Part shown: positions 1 through 40,513 of the stretch, piece by piece
How positions within the stretch are numbered: position 1 is the stretch's first letter
Layout of the letters: the number at the start of each line of letters is the position of its first letter
Assembly: GCF_009914755.1 (NCBI RefSeq)
Contig: NC_060943.1
Source of the DNA: the human T2T-CHM13v2.0 reference genome, Homo sapiens
Strand: one strand, 5' to 3'
Length of the DNA: 64,000 nucleotides
Notes under the pieces: generated by a model
What the model was told of the DNA's origin: nothing
Seen by the model: the letters and a program-made list of their open reading frames with translations, nothing else
Databases searched by the model: none
Made by a program: the position numbers and the translations under genes

Positions 1-176
1 TCCCATGCCTTCAACACAACTGCAGCGTCACACGTGCTGGATGCTCCAGCTCACCACCCACAACCAGCTCAGACCTTTGAGGATGAAGTGGCCGAGTGAA
101 TAACCACATTCAATTTCACACTCCTAGTCTGGCCATTCGGGGCCTCTCTCCTCCCCGTCCCCGGACCATGTCATAA

Positions 177-2890
<2,714 letters not shown>

Positions 2891-3617
2891 AACCACTGGA
2901 AAGAGAGCACAGCCTCAAGCCACACTCAGCCTCAAGTCATCCAGGTGACCCAGAGAACAAGGGCCTGGAAGAAGCGGGTGAGTGGGTGAGGTGGAGGTGT
3001 AGATTGGAGTCCCAGGCCTTTGGGAGGCCCTCCAACCTCCCTTCTGCACCAACTTCTCCTGGGTGGCTGTGGCAGGCAGCTTTCCCTCCTGGGCTGTAAG
3101 GGGATAGATGCAGGTGAGGTGACTGTAGTGGTCTATTTTCAAGGATGCCCTTATTCTTGGGGGCAAGATGGAACAGCAGGAAGAAAGGGTGTGGGTGCTG
3201 GGCTGACAGAGGCCCCGATGCTGGCTCCGCCCATCCTGGCTGCACTGGTGAGCGGCATCATAGGAGAAGCTCCCAGAGTCCAGAGTTGGGAGAGCCAGAT
3301 GGGATCAGGGAACCTCCCAGCATCAACCCTGGCCCTTCCTCATGGCCCCTAAAGCCCTGCAGGGTATGGCTCTGCAGGCTACCCAGCCTCATCCATCTGG
3401 AATGCACCAGGCTAGACCTGGCCCCAGGGTCTTTGTACTGGGCGTGCTGTTGCCCAGACCTGGGGCTGTCGGCTTCCTGCATGGGCAGACCCTTGCCATC
3501 GCTGAAATATCAGCGCACACATCCCCTGGGAGAGGTCTTCCTGGGCCTCCAGCTGTGCCTTCTCACAGGCTGCATCCAGACATTCACATCCTCTCCCCTG
3601 GACCCCATCTGTCTCTT

Positions 3618-4730
<1,113 letters not shown>

Positions 4731-5133
4731 ATCTGTCTCTTTTGAATTCAGTACATCCACTAGGTAAAGCAATGATGCCACAGAACCCATGCAGCAGCCT
4801 CAAGGTAGGGCCCACTGGGGTCCTGGATTTCAGGTGAGTAAACAGTGAACGCTGGGGTAACGAGTGGAGCTGGGCAGTAACACCCCCAGAGTCCAGCTGA
4901 GTCAGACCTCTCAACCCACTTGCCCCTGCTACATCACCCCACTTCTCTATGCCTCAGTTTCTCCTCTGTAAAGTGAGTATGTTGTGCCCGGAGAGGAGAC
5001 CCCCAGCTCCAGCTGGCTCAACCACATCCACCATGCTGTGTGACTCCAGATGCATCACAGGCTGTCTCTGGCCCAGCCCCAGACAGCGGGAGAAGAAAGC
5101 TCAGGAGTCCGTGGAAACTGCAGGGTGGGATGC

Positions 5134-5139
5134 TTTATT
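5134..5139 (-). terminator. FKBP8: FKBP8 polyadenylation signal (AATAAA on minus strand)
   Basis: tttatt at 5134-5139, ~390 nt downstream of the FKBP8 stop codon. Confidence 0.85.
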
Positions 5140-5524
5140 TCACTGTGGCGGGGAGGGAACCTGGACAGGGGGCGGCAGGCGGGGTGGGGGGCTGGCACTC
5201 AGGCGGGGACTAGGCAGGGGAAGGGCTGCCCCCAGGCCTGTTGAGGAGAAACTGAGGCCAGCCCTGGCGGAGACCTAGCCCAGCGGGGTAAGGAGGGTGG
5301 GGGAAAACTGGGTCTGAAGGAATGAGGGCCCCCTCCCTCTGGGCTTTCCTCCTAGAGGGCCTCAGTCCCTCCTGCTGGCTGGGCTGCACGACCCCCAATC
5401 CTTGCTCCCCTAACCCGGAGGAGGGGGCCAGACCAGGGAGGGCAGTGGACAGGGAGCCTGGGGGAGTTGGGGAGCGCAGGGCAGGGTCCATGGTGTGCAG
5501 AGGGGGTGGCAGCCACCTAGGTGG

Positions 5525-5650
<126 letters not shown>

Positions 5651-5752
5651 TCAAGACTGGCCTCTGGGGCCTCAGCTGCCAGCACAGCCCAAACAGACCT
5701 CCCAACAAATCATTGCCTGACTATGTATTTCCCACTTCCTGGCAAACTCCTA

Positions 5753-6214
<462 letters not shown>

Positions 6215-6499
6215 TTACTGGGACCCTAGGCTGTTTGGGTGGTGGGACTGTTGGGACACAGGGGTCCCATCTGCCCCTTTCTGGGCTTAGCAAAGTCAGG
6301 GCTGCTGACCCCATCCCTCCTAGGGAGCCAATTGATGGCGCAGAGCACAAGGTAGCCAGGAGACAAAAGGTTCTGGAAGGAAGGCCAAGGACACTGGCAT
6401 GGAGCAGGCTGGCAGTGCCCTCAGCTGCTGGAGGAGTGAGAGCCCAGACTGCCTGTGTGGCCGTCATGAGGGTCTTCACAAGCTGACCAGGACCCTTCA

Positions 6500-8716
<2,217 letters not shown>

Positions 8717-8734
8717 CTGATGTTTCCAAAGCTT

Positions 8735-9350
<616 letters not shown>

Positions 9351-10019
9351 ACTTGTATGAAGCTACACAAGCAGCCACTCCTGCTGCCCCCAGGAGGATA
9401 CTACCCCCAGGTTGAGAACAAAGCCTTCAAAAACAGGAACTGCATCTTCTCCCTCTTCATATTTCTCTGCAGAACTCCGCACACAGTATGTCCTTAATAA
9501 ATCCCAGCTGGAGGGAGCCCCACCTCAGGCTTTTCAGAAACACAGCAGGTGAGCCAGTATCTGTGCCTCAGTTTCCTTCGTTAACTGCTAAAAGGTCCTG
9601 AAAGCCCCACCTAGGGGTGAGGCTGTGAGGATGAACAGAAAAGGGGGTGAGAATGAAGGTCAAGTCTGTGCAAGCCAGATTCACCCCTATGTTCTGCCAG
9701 AACTTTTTTTTCTGTTCTCGTGTTTTGTTTTTGACACAGGGTCTTGCTCTGCTGCCAAGGCTGGAGTGCAGTGGTGTGATCAAGGCTCACTGCAGCCTTG
9801 ACCTTCGGGGCTCAAGCCATCCTCAGCCTCCTGAGCAACTGGGACGACAGGCCCGCGCCCCCACACCCAGCTAATTTTTGTATATTTTGGGTAGAGAAGG
9901 GGGTCTCCCTATGTTGCCTGGGCTCGTCGCAAATGTCTGGGCTCATGCGATCCTCCTGCCTTGGCCTCCTGTAATCCCAAGTGCTGGGATTACAGGAATG
10001 AGCCATTGTGCCTGGCCTC

Positions 10020-10774
<755 letters not shown>

Positions 10775-10866
10775 TCAGCCAATGAATTGTTGTGACCAGG
10801 CCACACTCCTGCACCCGTCTGGGCCTCAGTTTCTCCACCTGCACCCCACAGAGCTCAGCTGGCTTA

Positions 10867-11313
<447 letters not shown>

Positions 11314-11473
11314 CTAGCCTGTGGTACATGTGAACTGGCCCTGTCTATGGTCACCCCATCCCCATATCCACTTGCATTCTACAACACTCCACTGGTCTGG
11401 GATATACCACGAGTCTGTAACAGGCCCTAGCTTAGGGGCAGTTGGGGATCTACCCATATTCTGGGCTATTCTA

Positions 11474-11839
<366 letters not shown>

Positions 11840-12011
11840 CTAAACCCGCTGGGCTGGCTAGGAAGGAGTGAGCTTGGCTCAAGCCCCCGATCTGTCTCCC
11901 CTCTGCCCTCCATCATTCCCTCCTCAGTAAAGTGCAGGGGAAGTGACTTGCCGCCTTGGAGCTGCGGGACTTGACGAACGAGTTCCCCTCCCTAAGCCTC
12001 GGTTTTCCTCC

Positions 12012-12612
<601 letters not shown>

Positions 12613-12725
12613 CCTCAGTTTCTTGTCTATAAAATGGGCAAGTAGATGGGGTGAGCCGAGGGGTACACCCACTCCACCCATCCCCCTCCTGAGACCTGCA
12701 GAGACCTAAGGGTGGCTGACTCTCA

Positions 12726-13104
<379 letters not shown>

Positions 13105-13661
13105 TCACCTGGCAGCTCAAACAGGCACCCGCTCCCCTGAGCCCCCACTCCTACCCTCAGCTCTGCCCACTAGCTGTCCAGAGGGGGCTGGCCCAACACT
13201 GGGGCACAAACCAAACTTCCAATGGCCACTCTGCCACCAGAGTGGGGAACCCCACGTGCAGGACACTGGGCAGGATGGGACAGACTTCAGGGTGACAGTG
13301 CTGGTGCTAGAGACCAGCTCAGTGAACAATGGTTGGTCTGGTTTTTTTGTTTTTTTGTTTTTTTTTTTTAAGAAAACTGAGACTTGCCGAGTTTCCATCT
13401 ATTTGAGAGGCCAATGTGGGAGAATCACAAGTTCAGCCCAGCGTCTGGGCAAAATGGCAAGAACCCAGTCTCCCCACCCTCCTCAAAAAGAAAGAAAACC
13501 AAAGCTCAGAGAGGACAAACAGCCCTCAGGCTGAAATCCTTGCCCTGAGATGTTTGGGCCTCGGTTTACCCAGCCATGAAATGAGGTGCTCATGGGACCT
13601 TTGGTTAGCAGAGCCCCTGTGACACAGTGTCCCCACCACAGCACCAAGTGGGATGAATTTA

Positions 13662-14365
<704 letters not shown>

Positions 14366-14681
14366 TTATTATTTGCATGGGCACCAGCATTATTTGGTAT
14401 ATTAGATATCAGTACTATACTAGTAGCAAGACGTCTTCCACAGAAAACTAACATTTCTCTTGTTTTCAGTTGCTGTGATGGGGTATGTTGGGGGGAACAT
14501 GTGGGGGCTCATGTAGTTTTCTTCTTGTAGGATTGCTCTGAGCATTTACAATACTATCACTACTGTGAACCAACCAGAAGGCTGAACAAAATAACATTCC
14601 TCTGATCCACTTGACCCCAGAACACATTTTTTGTTTTGGAAGTTGGGGTCTCGCTGTGTTGCCCAGGCTGGCGTGCACTCA

Positions 14682-15377
<696 letters not shown>

Positions 15378-16841
15378 TCAGAATCCTACGCAGCCCCTCA
15401 AAGTCTCCACTGTACTGATTCCCCACACTGCCGATCACTTTCTGTGTAACTCAAGGGCTCCAGGCCTCAGTTTCCTCATCTATACAGTGGGTGTAACAAC
15501 AACCCCAGCTTGTTGGGAGAAATTAACCCATGCATCAAGCCCTTGGCATCAGGCTCAAATAGTGTTAGCCATTATTAGAGCTAATTATTATTTAATGTTT
15601 ACAAATACTCCAGGAAGTAGGGAAGATTCCCCTCAACATTTTGCAGAACAGGAAACAGGCCAGAGGGGCAAAGGCATTTGCCCAAGGTCACAGAGAAAGC
15701 CAAAGGCCAAAGGAGGATTTGAACCTGGGGCTTCAGGCCCTGTGGCTTTGCCTGATTATAAGCTGAGCGAAGGGTGCTGGGATTTTTGTGGAGAGGACAG
15801 CCTCCGAGGCCTTAGGGAAGCCATTTTTAGAGCCTCTAGGGCCACTGGGGGAAATTGAATCTTTTACCAGGGCCTCCCACCTCCAGCCTCTTCTCCAAAG
15901 GGGAGACCCTCCCCAAAAGCACCAACTGTAATCACCCAGAAACCCCAAGCGTTTTTTCCTTCCACACTCTGAATCTAACACTATCCCCCACAACCCCAAC
16001 ATCAGGGACCCTGGCCCAAATCCTTCCCCAGGAGACCATCCTCCTCTCATCAGGCCTCGGTCCCACCCCCTCAAAGCAGCCTCCTTTCCAGGAGTGGTCG
16101 AGGTCCCACCACATTCTACAGCCTCTTCCTTGCCCCAGACCTCCTGAACCAATAACCAACCCCTCCGTCCCCCAGGCCCCAAGCTCAGAAGAGTGTGGCA
16201 CAGCCATCAAACCAGCCCGCCGCATCCCCTCCCTAACCCTCACCTGCCTGCTCCTCCCGGGCTCGGAGCCCCACTTTGAGAGACCCTCCCAGCCCCCACC
16301 CCCATAATTCCCCGCGCCCGCACAATTCGGCCTCCCCTCCCACCCCCCACCCCAACCACCACCGCCCCCAGCACGGGCCAGCTCCCCCCACAGCCGCTCC
16401 GTCTCGCCGTAAACACTCCAGTGTCCCCAGACGCCCCCCCCTTTCCGATCCCATAACACCCCACGCTCTCCTGACGCCCCACAGCCCCGGCCGGGCCCTC
16501 AGTCAAGCCGCGACCCAGGCCCCCAACGACCCACGCCTGTCTGACGCCACCAGTCTGGGGCACCCGACCCCCGCACGCCTCGGGCGCCCCTGGCCCTGCA
16601 CGCCTCCATCGGGACCCCCCCACTGGATCCCCTTTGCCCCCAGTGACCCCCATCCCTGGCCACCCCCGCCCGGCCGCGCCCCCTCGGGCACCCCCGACCC
16701 CCGTGCCCCCCCGGCTCGCCACCCCCGCGGCCCCTCGCCCCGCCCATCGGCCGCAGCCCCCGGCGCGCTAGCCCCCGGACCAGCCTAGGCCAGGGCAGCG
16801 GCCCGGCCGGCACGGCGCCCCCAGCACCCCAGGACACTTGC

Positions 16842-16950
16842 CTCTGGCTCCGGGACCCCCACTTGGGGTCCTGCGCCCCCCTCCCCGCCCCCAGCCGCGG
16901 CCGCCGCGCCTCGGGAACCAGGTTCGGCCGCTTGGCCCCGCCCCTGCCGT
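16842..16950 (-). other. FKBP8: FKBP8 non-coding exon 1 (5' end approximate) with a probable GC donor
   Basis: Lies in the CpG island; AG|GCAAGT donor at 16842/16841. The TSS cannot be fixed from sequence alone. Confidence 0.6.
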
Positions 16951-17082
16951 GCCCATTGGCCGCCGCTGCCGCGACTGCCGCACCCGTTGGCTCATGCAGA
17001 CGTCCGTCCCGGGCGTTGGCACCTCCCCCTTCCTGCTTGGCCCCGCGGGGCGTTCTTAAAGGGACCGAAGCCTCCCGGCTGC

Positions 17083-17140
17083 TGGGGCTGGGGCGGGGGC
17101 TGGGGCGGGGGCTGGGGCGGGGGCTGGGGCGGGGGCGGGG
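17083..17140. repeat. 12-bp G-rich tandem repeat (CTGGGGCGGGGG) x ~4
   Basis: Read directly from the sequence. Confidence 0.85.
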
Positions 17141-17853
17141 GACCCTGGGCTGGACCCCAACACGGGTCAGTATCGCGCAGCCTGTGCGACTCCTGCCTCT
17201 CCTCTGAGCTTCATCCTGACCATCTGCGAAATGGGGATAAACACCCCCATCTATGCACTCTCACCTTGGGGGCTGCTGGGGGCACAGTCCACTCTAAATG
17301 TTATTTCCTTAAAGAGTTCAAGCTTGACGGGCAGGGCAGCTCTGGGGTTGCTGAATGACCCATCCTGAAGCCTTAGTTACAGAAGTGAACCTGAGGGCCT
17401 GAGGAGGAGTGACGTGCCCAAAGGCATACAGAAACCTCCCTCCCATCCCCCACACAGTTTAATGTCTAGAAGGTTGCCTGGTGCATACTGGAGGCGCTCG
17501 ATTACTGCTGCGCAGGCGACTGAGCCAGCAGGGCCACTGGGAGGAGTTCCTCCTCTATGCACTGTCTGCTGGAGGGTGATAAGGTCCCCATGGCTCGGGA
17601 AGAAGGTGGCATCCTTGATTAGCTAAGTTTTTGTGGATCTTGTTTTGAAACCGGGACACTTCTCCCTCCTTCACTCAGTTTTATTTCCTTCCTAGCAGTT
17701 ACTCCTTCCAGAATTATCTTGTCATTATTTTGCTTGTGGTTGGAGGGACCATCCCTCACTCTGCTTCATCCTGGCAGAGATTTTTACCTGATTTGTACCC
17801 AGCACCTCCTTGAACCATGCCTGGCATCTATAGAAGCTCAATAAATGGGTAGG

Positions 17854-17899
17854 TGGATGGATGGATGGATGGATGGATGGATGGATGGATGGATGGATG
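17854..17899. repeat. (GGAT)n microsatellite at an L2 3' end
   Basis: About 11 GGAT units following the L2-like tail 'gcctggcatctatagaagctcaataaat'. Confidence 0.9.
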
Positions 17900-18099
17900 A
17901 GTCAGACACCAGCTTTTGGAGGTAGCTATCATGGAGGTGGTAACTGGCTTTTTGGAGATCACTTCTAAGGTTGGAGTTCCCAGGTTACCTCCTACAGGAA
18001 GCCCTCCCAACCTCCCCAAGGCAAGACCAGGTGCCCCCTTTAGCTGTCTTGGCACAATGAAGTTGATGAACGTCCACTTCATAACTAGTTTACTTGGGT

Positions 18100-30500
<12,401 letters not shown>

Positions 30501-30699
30501 GAAACTTGGACCAAAAAAAATCAGCAAAAGTGGAGCAGGGATGTCTGAACACAGATGAGTCTAATTCCCTGCTTGGAAAGCAGGACACCTGAGTGTGGTT
30601 TGGCCTCTGACCACTGTAGCATTTACGACCTTGGGGAGGGTTACCACTCTGGGACCTCAGTCACACTATCTACAAAATGGGACACTTCTCTCAGCCTTC

Positions 30700-31300
30700 C
30701 TTCTTCCGGGCCGCTTTCAAGCCTGGGCTTCTGGAAATACGCAGGCGCGAGATGAATTGTTTGATTGGCTATTCATTGTGATGCACCCACGAGCTGAAGC
30801 TCCGTCTAAGCCCCGCCCTTTCCTGTCGTGACTTAACGCACGCAAGCGGCTCCAGGGTACGTCCCCGCCACGCGCGCTCGCAGGATCGGTGCGTGGTGAC
30901 GTTTCGCCGGCGCGGGCGCCATCCCGGAAGCGCGAGCAAGGCCGCCAGATGTGCAGGTGCCGCCGCTACCGACGCCGGGGCCGAGTTTGGGGTGGGGCTG
31001 GGGACTCCAGGGCCGCGGGGAACCGGTCCGGGTCGGGCGCGGCCCCCGGGCTGCGGTGGGGTGGGGTGCGCCACTGGCCACATCTGGTCATTCCTGCTGC
31101 GCACAGGCCTCAGTTTCCCCGTCTGCTCAATGGATACGCAGGCGGCGCTACGGGCTGGATCTGGATCCGGATCAGGGGCATAGGAATTGGGGCCTCCTGT
31201 GTTCTGGGTGTGTCGTGTAACCTGGAGCTGGGCGTTGCCCGGTTTGTGCCTCAGTTTCCCTGTATTGTAGGGGACGGGGCGTGAGGGGATATTTGAGCCC
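30700..31300 (+). promoter_or_regulatory. KXD1: KXD1 CpG-island promoter and non-coding exon 1 (ending ~30956)
   Basis: Dense CpG; inverted CCAAT (gattgg, 30763), TGACGT (30897), ETS site CCGGAAG (30924) and donor CAG|gtgccg at 30956/30957. Confidence 0.75.
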
Positions 31301-32891
31301 CTCCCCACTTGGGGTTTTTCAGAGCTTGGATGGCTGAGTTAAATTCTGTTAAATAACCTGGATATAGAACCGTGGTGCTTCTCTGCCTCTCCCTGTGAGT
31401 TTCGGCAACGGAGCCCGCCCCTGTGAGCCTCAGTTTCACTCGGAGATGATTGTGTCTGCCTCGTAACGGTGATTGAGGATGAAATGAAGTGCTCTACAAG
31501 TGTTTGCCCGTAATATATTCTTAGAGGCCCCTGGGATGCTCTCAAAATGTTGATTCCCGGGACTTCTTCACACTCCTCTTGGAGAAACAGCCTGTCCTGA
31601 GCTCCAGTCGTTATCACCTTTGGTTTCAGTTGCCACAGACAGCACTGTGAGATCTTCATTCTACCTTATTTTCATTTTATGGTTGAAAAAACTGATTCAG
31701 AAGGGTGAAGTGGCTCTCCCATGGTCAAACAGCCTACCTCTCTGCGTTTCTTCAATAAATCTACATTTGGAGTTGGGATCAGAGCTCTTGCTGGGTCAAT
31801 TTCACTGTGTATGTGGGCCAGACTAGCAGTAATCAGGGAAGGCTTCTTGGGAGAGGAAGTTGCGGGGGGACGGGAGGGAGGTGCCAGGAACCCCTCAGCC
31901 CTCACATCTGGGAGCCAGAGACAGAAAAGAGTCCTGTTTTGAAGGAGGAGTGTATCCCAGAAGGTCCCAGTACTGTGTCTCACTGGTACTAGCTATGGGC
32001 CTCCCTCTCCAGGTGTCTTTTTTTTTTTTTTTTTTTTTCAGTTGAGATGAAGTCTCCCTCTGTAGCCCACACTAGAATGCAGTGGCTTGATTTTGGCTCA
32101 TTGCAACCTCCGCCTCCCGGGTTCAAGCGATTCTCCTGCCTCAGCCTCCTGAGTAGCTGGGACTACAGGTGCCCGCCATCATGCCTGGCTAATTTTTGTA
32201 TTTTTAGTAGAGACGGGGGTTTCACCATGTTGACCAGGCTAGTCTTGAACTCATGACCTCAGGTGATCCACCAGCCTTGGCTTCCCAAAGTGCTGAGATT
32301 ACAGGCATGAGCACCCGGTCCAGGTATCCTCTTTATACAAGATCATGCTTCTTTGGGAATGTGGAGACTGGGTGTCTCTGCATGGCATGTCATAGGAGTT
32401 CAATAACCATAGTTATTATTAGAGGGAAGGGGGTTTTGCTGGGTGTGGCACCTTATTTCTAGAAGGTGCTGCAAACCACTGACCAGATACAGATCACAAA
32501 TAGATGCTCTTGGCCTCCATGATATCTTGGAAAAAAGTATTGATTGCTGACATTTGTCAATGAGGCAATTTCCCAGAAAAAAAAAATCCCTGTTTCCTTT
32601 TTCCTGGAGAAACATCAGAAGTCAGGCAGAAATCAGCTGCTGTAAGAAGCCACTGTCCTGTCACAGCTGGATATTGTGCACCTGTTCAGATTCACACCTT
32701 TGTGAGACCCGTGGGCTGTGGCCGTTTGTTGTGACTTAGGTTCACTGGCTGTGTGACAGTGGCCCAGTTTCTCAGTGTCCCTGAGCCTCAGTTTTCTCAT
32801 CTATAAATAAGAATGATAACAGTATGTATGAGCTTGATGCTTTGTTTAGCATAGAGTAGCTGCTGAATAAATGGGAGAGTACATTAAGTGA

Positions 32892-33371
<480 letters not shown>

Positions 33372-33769
33372 TAGAAGTTCGTCTCTGTTTCTTGGCTATT
33401 AAATGTGTGGGCCTCAGAGCCAAACTATATCAAGATCCTAGATTTTTCCTGAACTCCCTAGGAGGGTCAGTGCTGTAGCCCCTCCTACCCTGGCTGCTCC
33501 GGGAAGTCCCTGCCTGCCATTACGGTCATCTGTGTGCCAGCAAAACTGGGAACCTCAGAACCATCTGGATTGCTGGGGCCCACAGGTTGGCTGTGAGTAC
33601 CTGCAATTCTTGGCTTTAATTTGCTAATAAAAGTGTCACGTCAGAGCTGAGTTTGAAAAGTTCTGTTGCCCTTCCCCACAACAACATTCTGGCAGCCCCT
33701 TGCTATGAGCCAGACTCCGGGTCGGGTTCTGGTGACAGACACACCTCTACTCCTTCTTTTTTTTTTTGA

Positions 33770-33982
<213 letters not shown>

Positions 33983-34432
33983 TGATCCACCTGCCTCGCC
34001 CTCCCAGAGTGCTAGGATTACAGGCGTGAGCCACAGCACCTGGCCACCTCTGCTCTTTTGGAGCTGACGTTGTGGCGGTGACAGGCAAACGGGTTAGCTG
34101 ATAACTAGGATAATTTCATGAAGAGGTGAACCAGTGAAGCAGTTAAATCAAGGTAAAGGGTGGCTGGGCGCAGTGGCTCAGGCCTGTAATCCTAGCACTT
34201 TGGGAGGCCAAGGCAAAAGGGTCGTGTCAGCCTAGGAATTTAAGAGCAGCCTAGGCAACATAGCGAGACCCTGTCTCTTAACAAACAAACAAACAAAAAC
34301 AAGGTAAAGTAGCCTGGGCGCGGTGGCTCATGCCTGTAATCCCAGCACTTTGGGAGGCTGAGGCGAGTGGATCACCTGAGGTCAGTAGTTCGAGACCAGC
34401 CTGGCCAAAATGGTGAAACCCCGTCTCTACTA

Positions 34433-34723
<291 letters not shown>

Positions 34724-35097
34724 TCAGCTTGTGAGGACAGCAGTTGTTAGGCAGGGGATGAGGGAGGAAGCTGGCAGATCTGTGCAGGTGAGAGGTACCT
34801 GTGGCCTTGGGCTCATGGAAGTGGGAGGTGATGGGATTCTAATGTGCTTGGGTACAGTTTACAAATACAACCTCTCTTAGTTTGCCCAATACCTCCAAAT
34901 TCCTGGGGTGGCACACCTGAGGTTCAGGTGGCATGACTGAGCCACAGTCACACATCCCCACTGTAGGATACCACCACGGTTGGGTTAGGTTCCAGCACAT
35001 GGCGGTCCCGGCCTGGCCTCTTGGTCCCACCTCACCTGGTGACTAGTGCAGACCACTCTGTTCTTGCCTGTTTCAGGCAGCGGAGGAGGAGAAAGAG

Positions 35098-35198
35098 ATG
35101 GACCTCCCGGACTCGGCCTCGAGGGTCTTCTGCGGCCGCATCCTGAGCATGGTGAACACAGATGATGTCAACGCCATCATCCTGGCCCAGAAGAACAT
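35098..35198 (+). CDS. KXD1: KXD1 first coding exon ([33 protein letters not shown]); BORC/BLOC-1-associated KxDL protein
   Basis: Acceptor tttcag|G at 35077, ATG at 35098 and donor AT|gtgagt. The four coding exons sum to 531 nt = 176 aa + stop. Confidence 0.95.
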
Positions 35199-35998
35199 GT
35201 GAGTGGCGGCTGGGGGACCTGAGCGTGGGAAGGAATCCACAGGCTGGCCAACATTCTTGTCTTGCCCGCCCCTACCCGGGGCCCACGCTGGTGATAAAAT
35301 GAAGGAAATGAGCAAATCTGTCGCTGGCTCCAAAGTAAATTCCTTCCCGGCCTGGAGGCGAGGCCTTGGCACAGGAAGCAGGGCTTTGGGGAGATTTTGC
35401 AGCTGCGGATGGCTTGGCGGGGGCCGCAGGGGCTCCTGTCCCGAGACCTGGGGTGGGAGAGTTGAAGGACCAGAGGGGGCCACATGCAGGTTTTTTTGTT
35501 TATTTGTTTCTTGTTTTTGAGACAGAGTTTTGCTCTTGTTGCCCAGGCTAGAGTGCAATGGTGTGACCTTGCCTCACTGCAACCTCCGCCTCCCGAGTTC
35601 AAGCGATTTCTCCTGCCTCAGCCCTCTGAGTAGCTGGGATTACAAGCATGTGCCACCATGCCCAGCTAATTTTTGTATTTTTAGTAGAGACGGGCTTTCA
35701 TCATGTTGGTCAGGCTGGTCTCGAACTCCTGACCTCAAGTGATCCACCCGCCTCGGCCTCCCGAAGTCCTGGGATTATAGGCCTGAGCCACTGTGCCTGG
35801 CCTTTATGCAGGTTTTATGCTGGTGCGCCTACTTCCTGGTGAAGGACTAGTCTCCCAGAGCCCAGGCTGTGTCTGCACAGTGCCCAGGGTCTCTTGGAGC
35901 GGACATAAAGGCCTCTTGTCCTCACTGGGGTTTGGTGCTGTGGCTGCTGAAACCTTGCCCTAATTCAGGCCTGCCCTGTGGGGAAGAAAGGCTAATAC

Positions 35999-36213
35999 CA
36001 AGCTTGTCCAACCCTCGGCCTGTCCAACCCTTTGAATGTGGGCCAACACAAATTCGTAAACTTTCTTAAAACATTACGAGATTTTTTTTGTGATTTTTTT
36101 CTTTTTCTTTCTTAACTCATCAGCTGTCGTTAGTGTTAGTGTATTTTATGTGTGGCCCAAGACAATTCTTCTTCCAATGTGGCCCAGGGAAATGAAAAGA
36201 CTGGACACCACTG
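35999..36213 (-). mobile_element. MER30-type hAT-Charlie DNA transposon (MITE)
   Basis: Termini caagcttgtccaa...tggacaccactg, internal 'cacaaattcgtaaactttcttaaaacatta', and flanking direct repeat GGCTAATAC (35990-35998, 36214-36222). Confidence 0.85.
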
Positions 36214-36384
36214 GGCTAATACAGTCTTGGAGTGGAAGCACAGCCTCCCGCAGCTTTGTTTTTGTGTCTCTGAGCCAGAGGCTCTTCCCAGCTGTCACGA
36301 CACAGTACAGACCTGATTTCCTTACCTTTTCTCCCAGACCCAGAGCAGCTCCGAGTCTCAATAGTACCTGTCTCTCTCCTGTGT

Positions 36385-39870
<3,486 letters not shown>

Positions 39871-40189
39871 TCAGAGAAGAGGCCACATGTAAGAAGCAGC
39901 CTCGCAGGGGGAGCCCCCAGCCAGTGCCTAGGCTCAGAGCACCCAGAGTCTAACTAGTTGGGGGTTGGTGCCTACCTTGGGGCTGGAGGCCGGCTGGTGG
40001 GCGACTGTCAGGGCCGTGGCTGCTGGGCCGAGCACCTAGAGAGAGTGAAGATGTGAGGTGATGAACAGTGTGGGGGTTCTCACTCCCGTCTCCCCTTGCC
40101 CTCAGCTGGCAGCAGGGGCTTGTGGCCAGCACCAGGCCCAGCCTACCTGCTCAGCAGGTTAAGCCCTGTGTGCCTTCTCTCCCCTGCAG

Positions 40190-40236
40190 GACGCTGAAAG
40201 GGAAACTGGCCAGGCAGCACCCAGAGGCCTTCAGCC
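40190..40236 (+). CDS. KXD1: KXD1 exon 4 (TLKGKLARQHPEAFS)
   Basis: cctgcag|G acceptor and GCC|gtaagt donor. 47 nt, ends in phase 1. Confidence 0.95.
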
Positions 40237-40513
40237 GTAAGTGTCACGCAGGGTTCCTGCTCCCGAGCACGTCAGCACTCTCCACCCAGGGCAGGCTTCT
40301 GGAAGGCCACCTTGGGGCCTGATACTGAGACCAGGCTGTAATGGGCAGTGGGTCTGGGGAAACCTGGGGTGGGGGCAGGGTCAGGGTGCTGGCCTGGTCC
40401 TGTCAGCAGCTGGCAGAGTGGGCACTAGGACGGGAGTCCGTGCCCCGTGGGGAGGCCGCACAGGAGAATGTGGATAAGCAGCATGACAATCCTTATCCCT
40501 GTGTGCATTATGA

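Larger units (their letters stand above)
16250..17200 (-). promoter_or_regulatory. FKBP8 CpG-island promoter with CCAAT box and tandem GC boxes
   Basis: Dense CpG, attgg (CCAAT on minus) near 16955, and repeated GGGGCGGGG at 17089-17140. Confidence 0.85.

Noticed and set aside
15855-17358. Several overlapping Pro/Gly/Arg-rich ORFs
   Set aside because: Expected from stop-codon scarcity in a CpG island.
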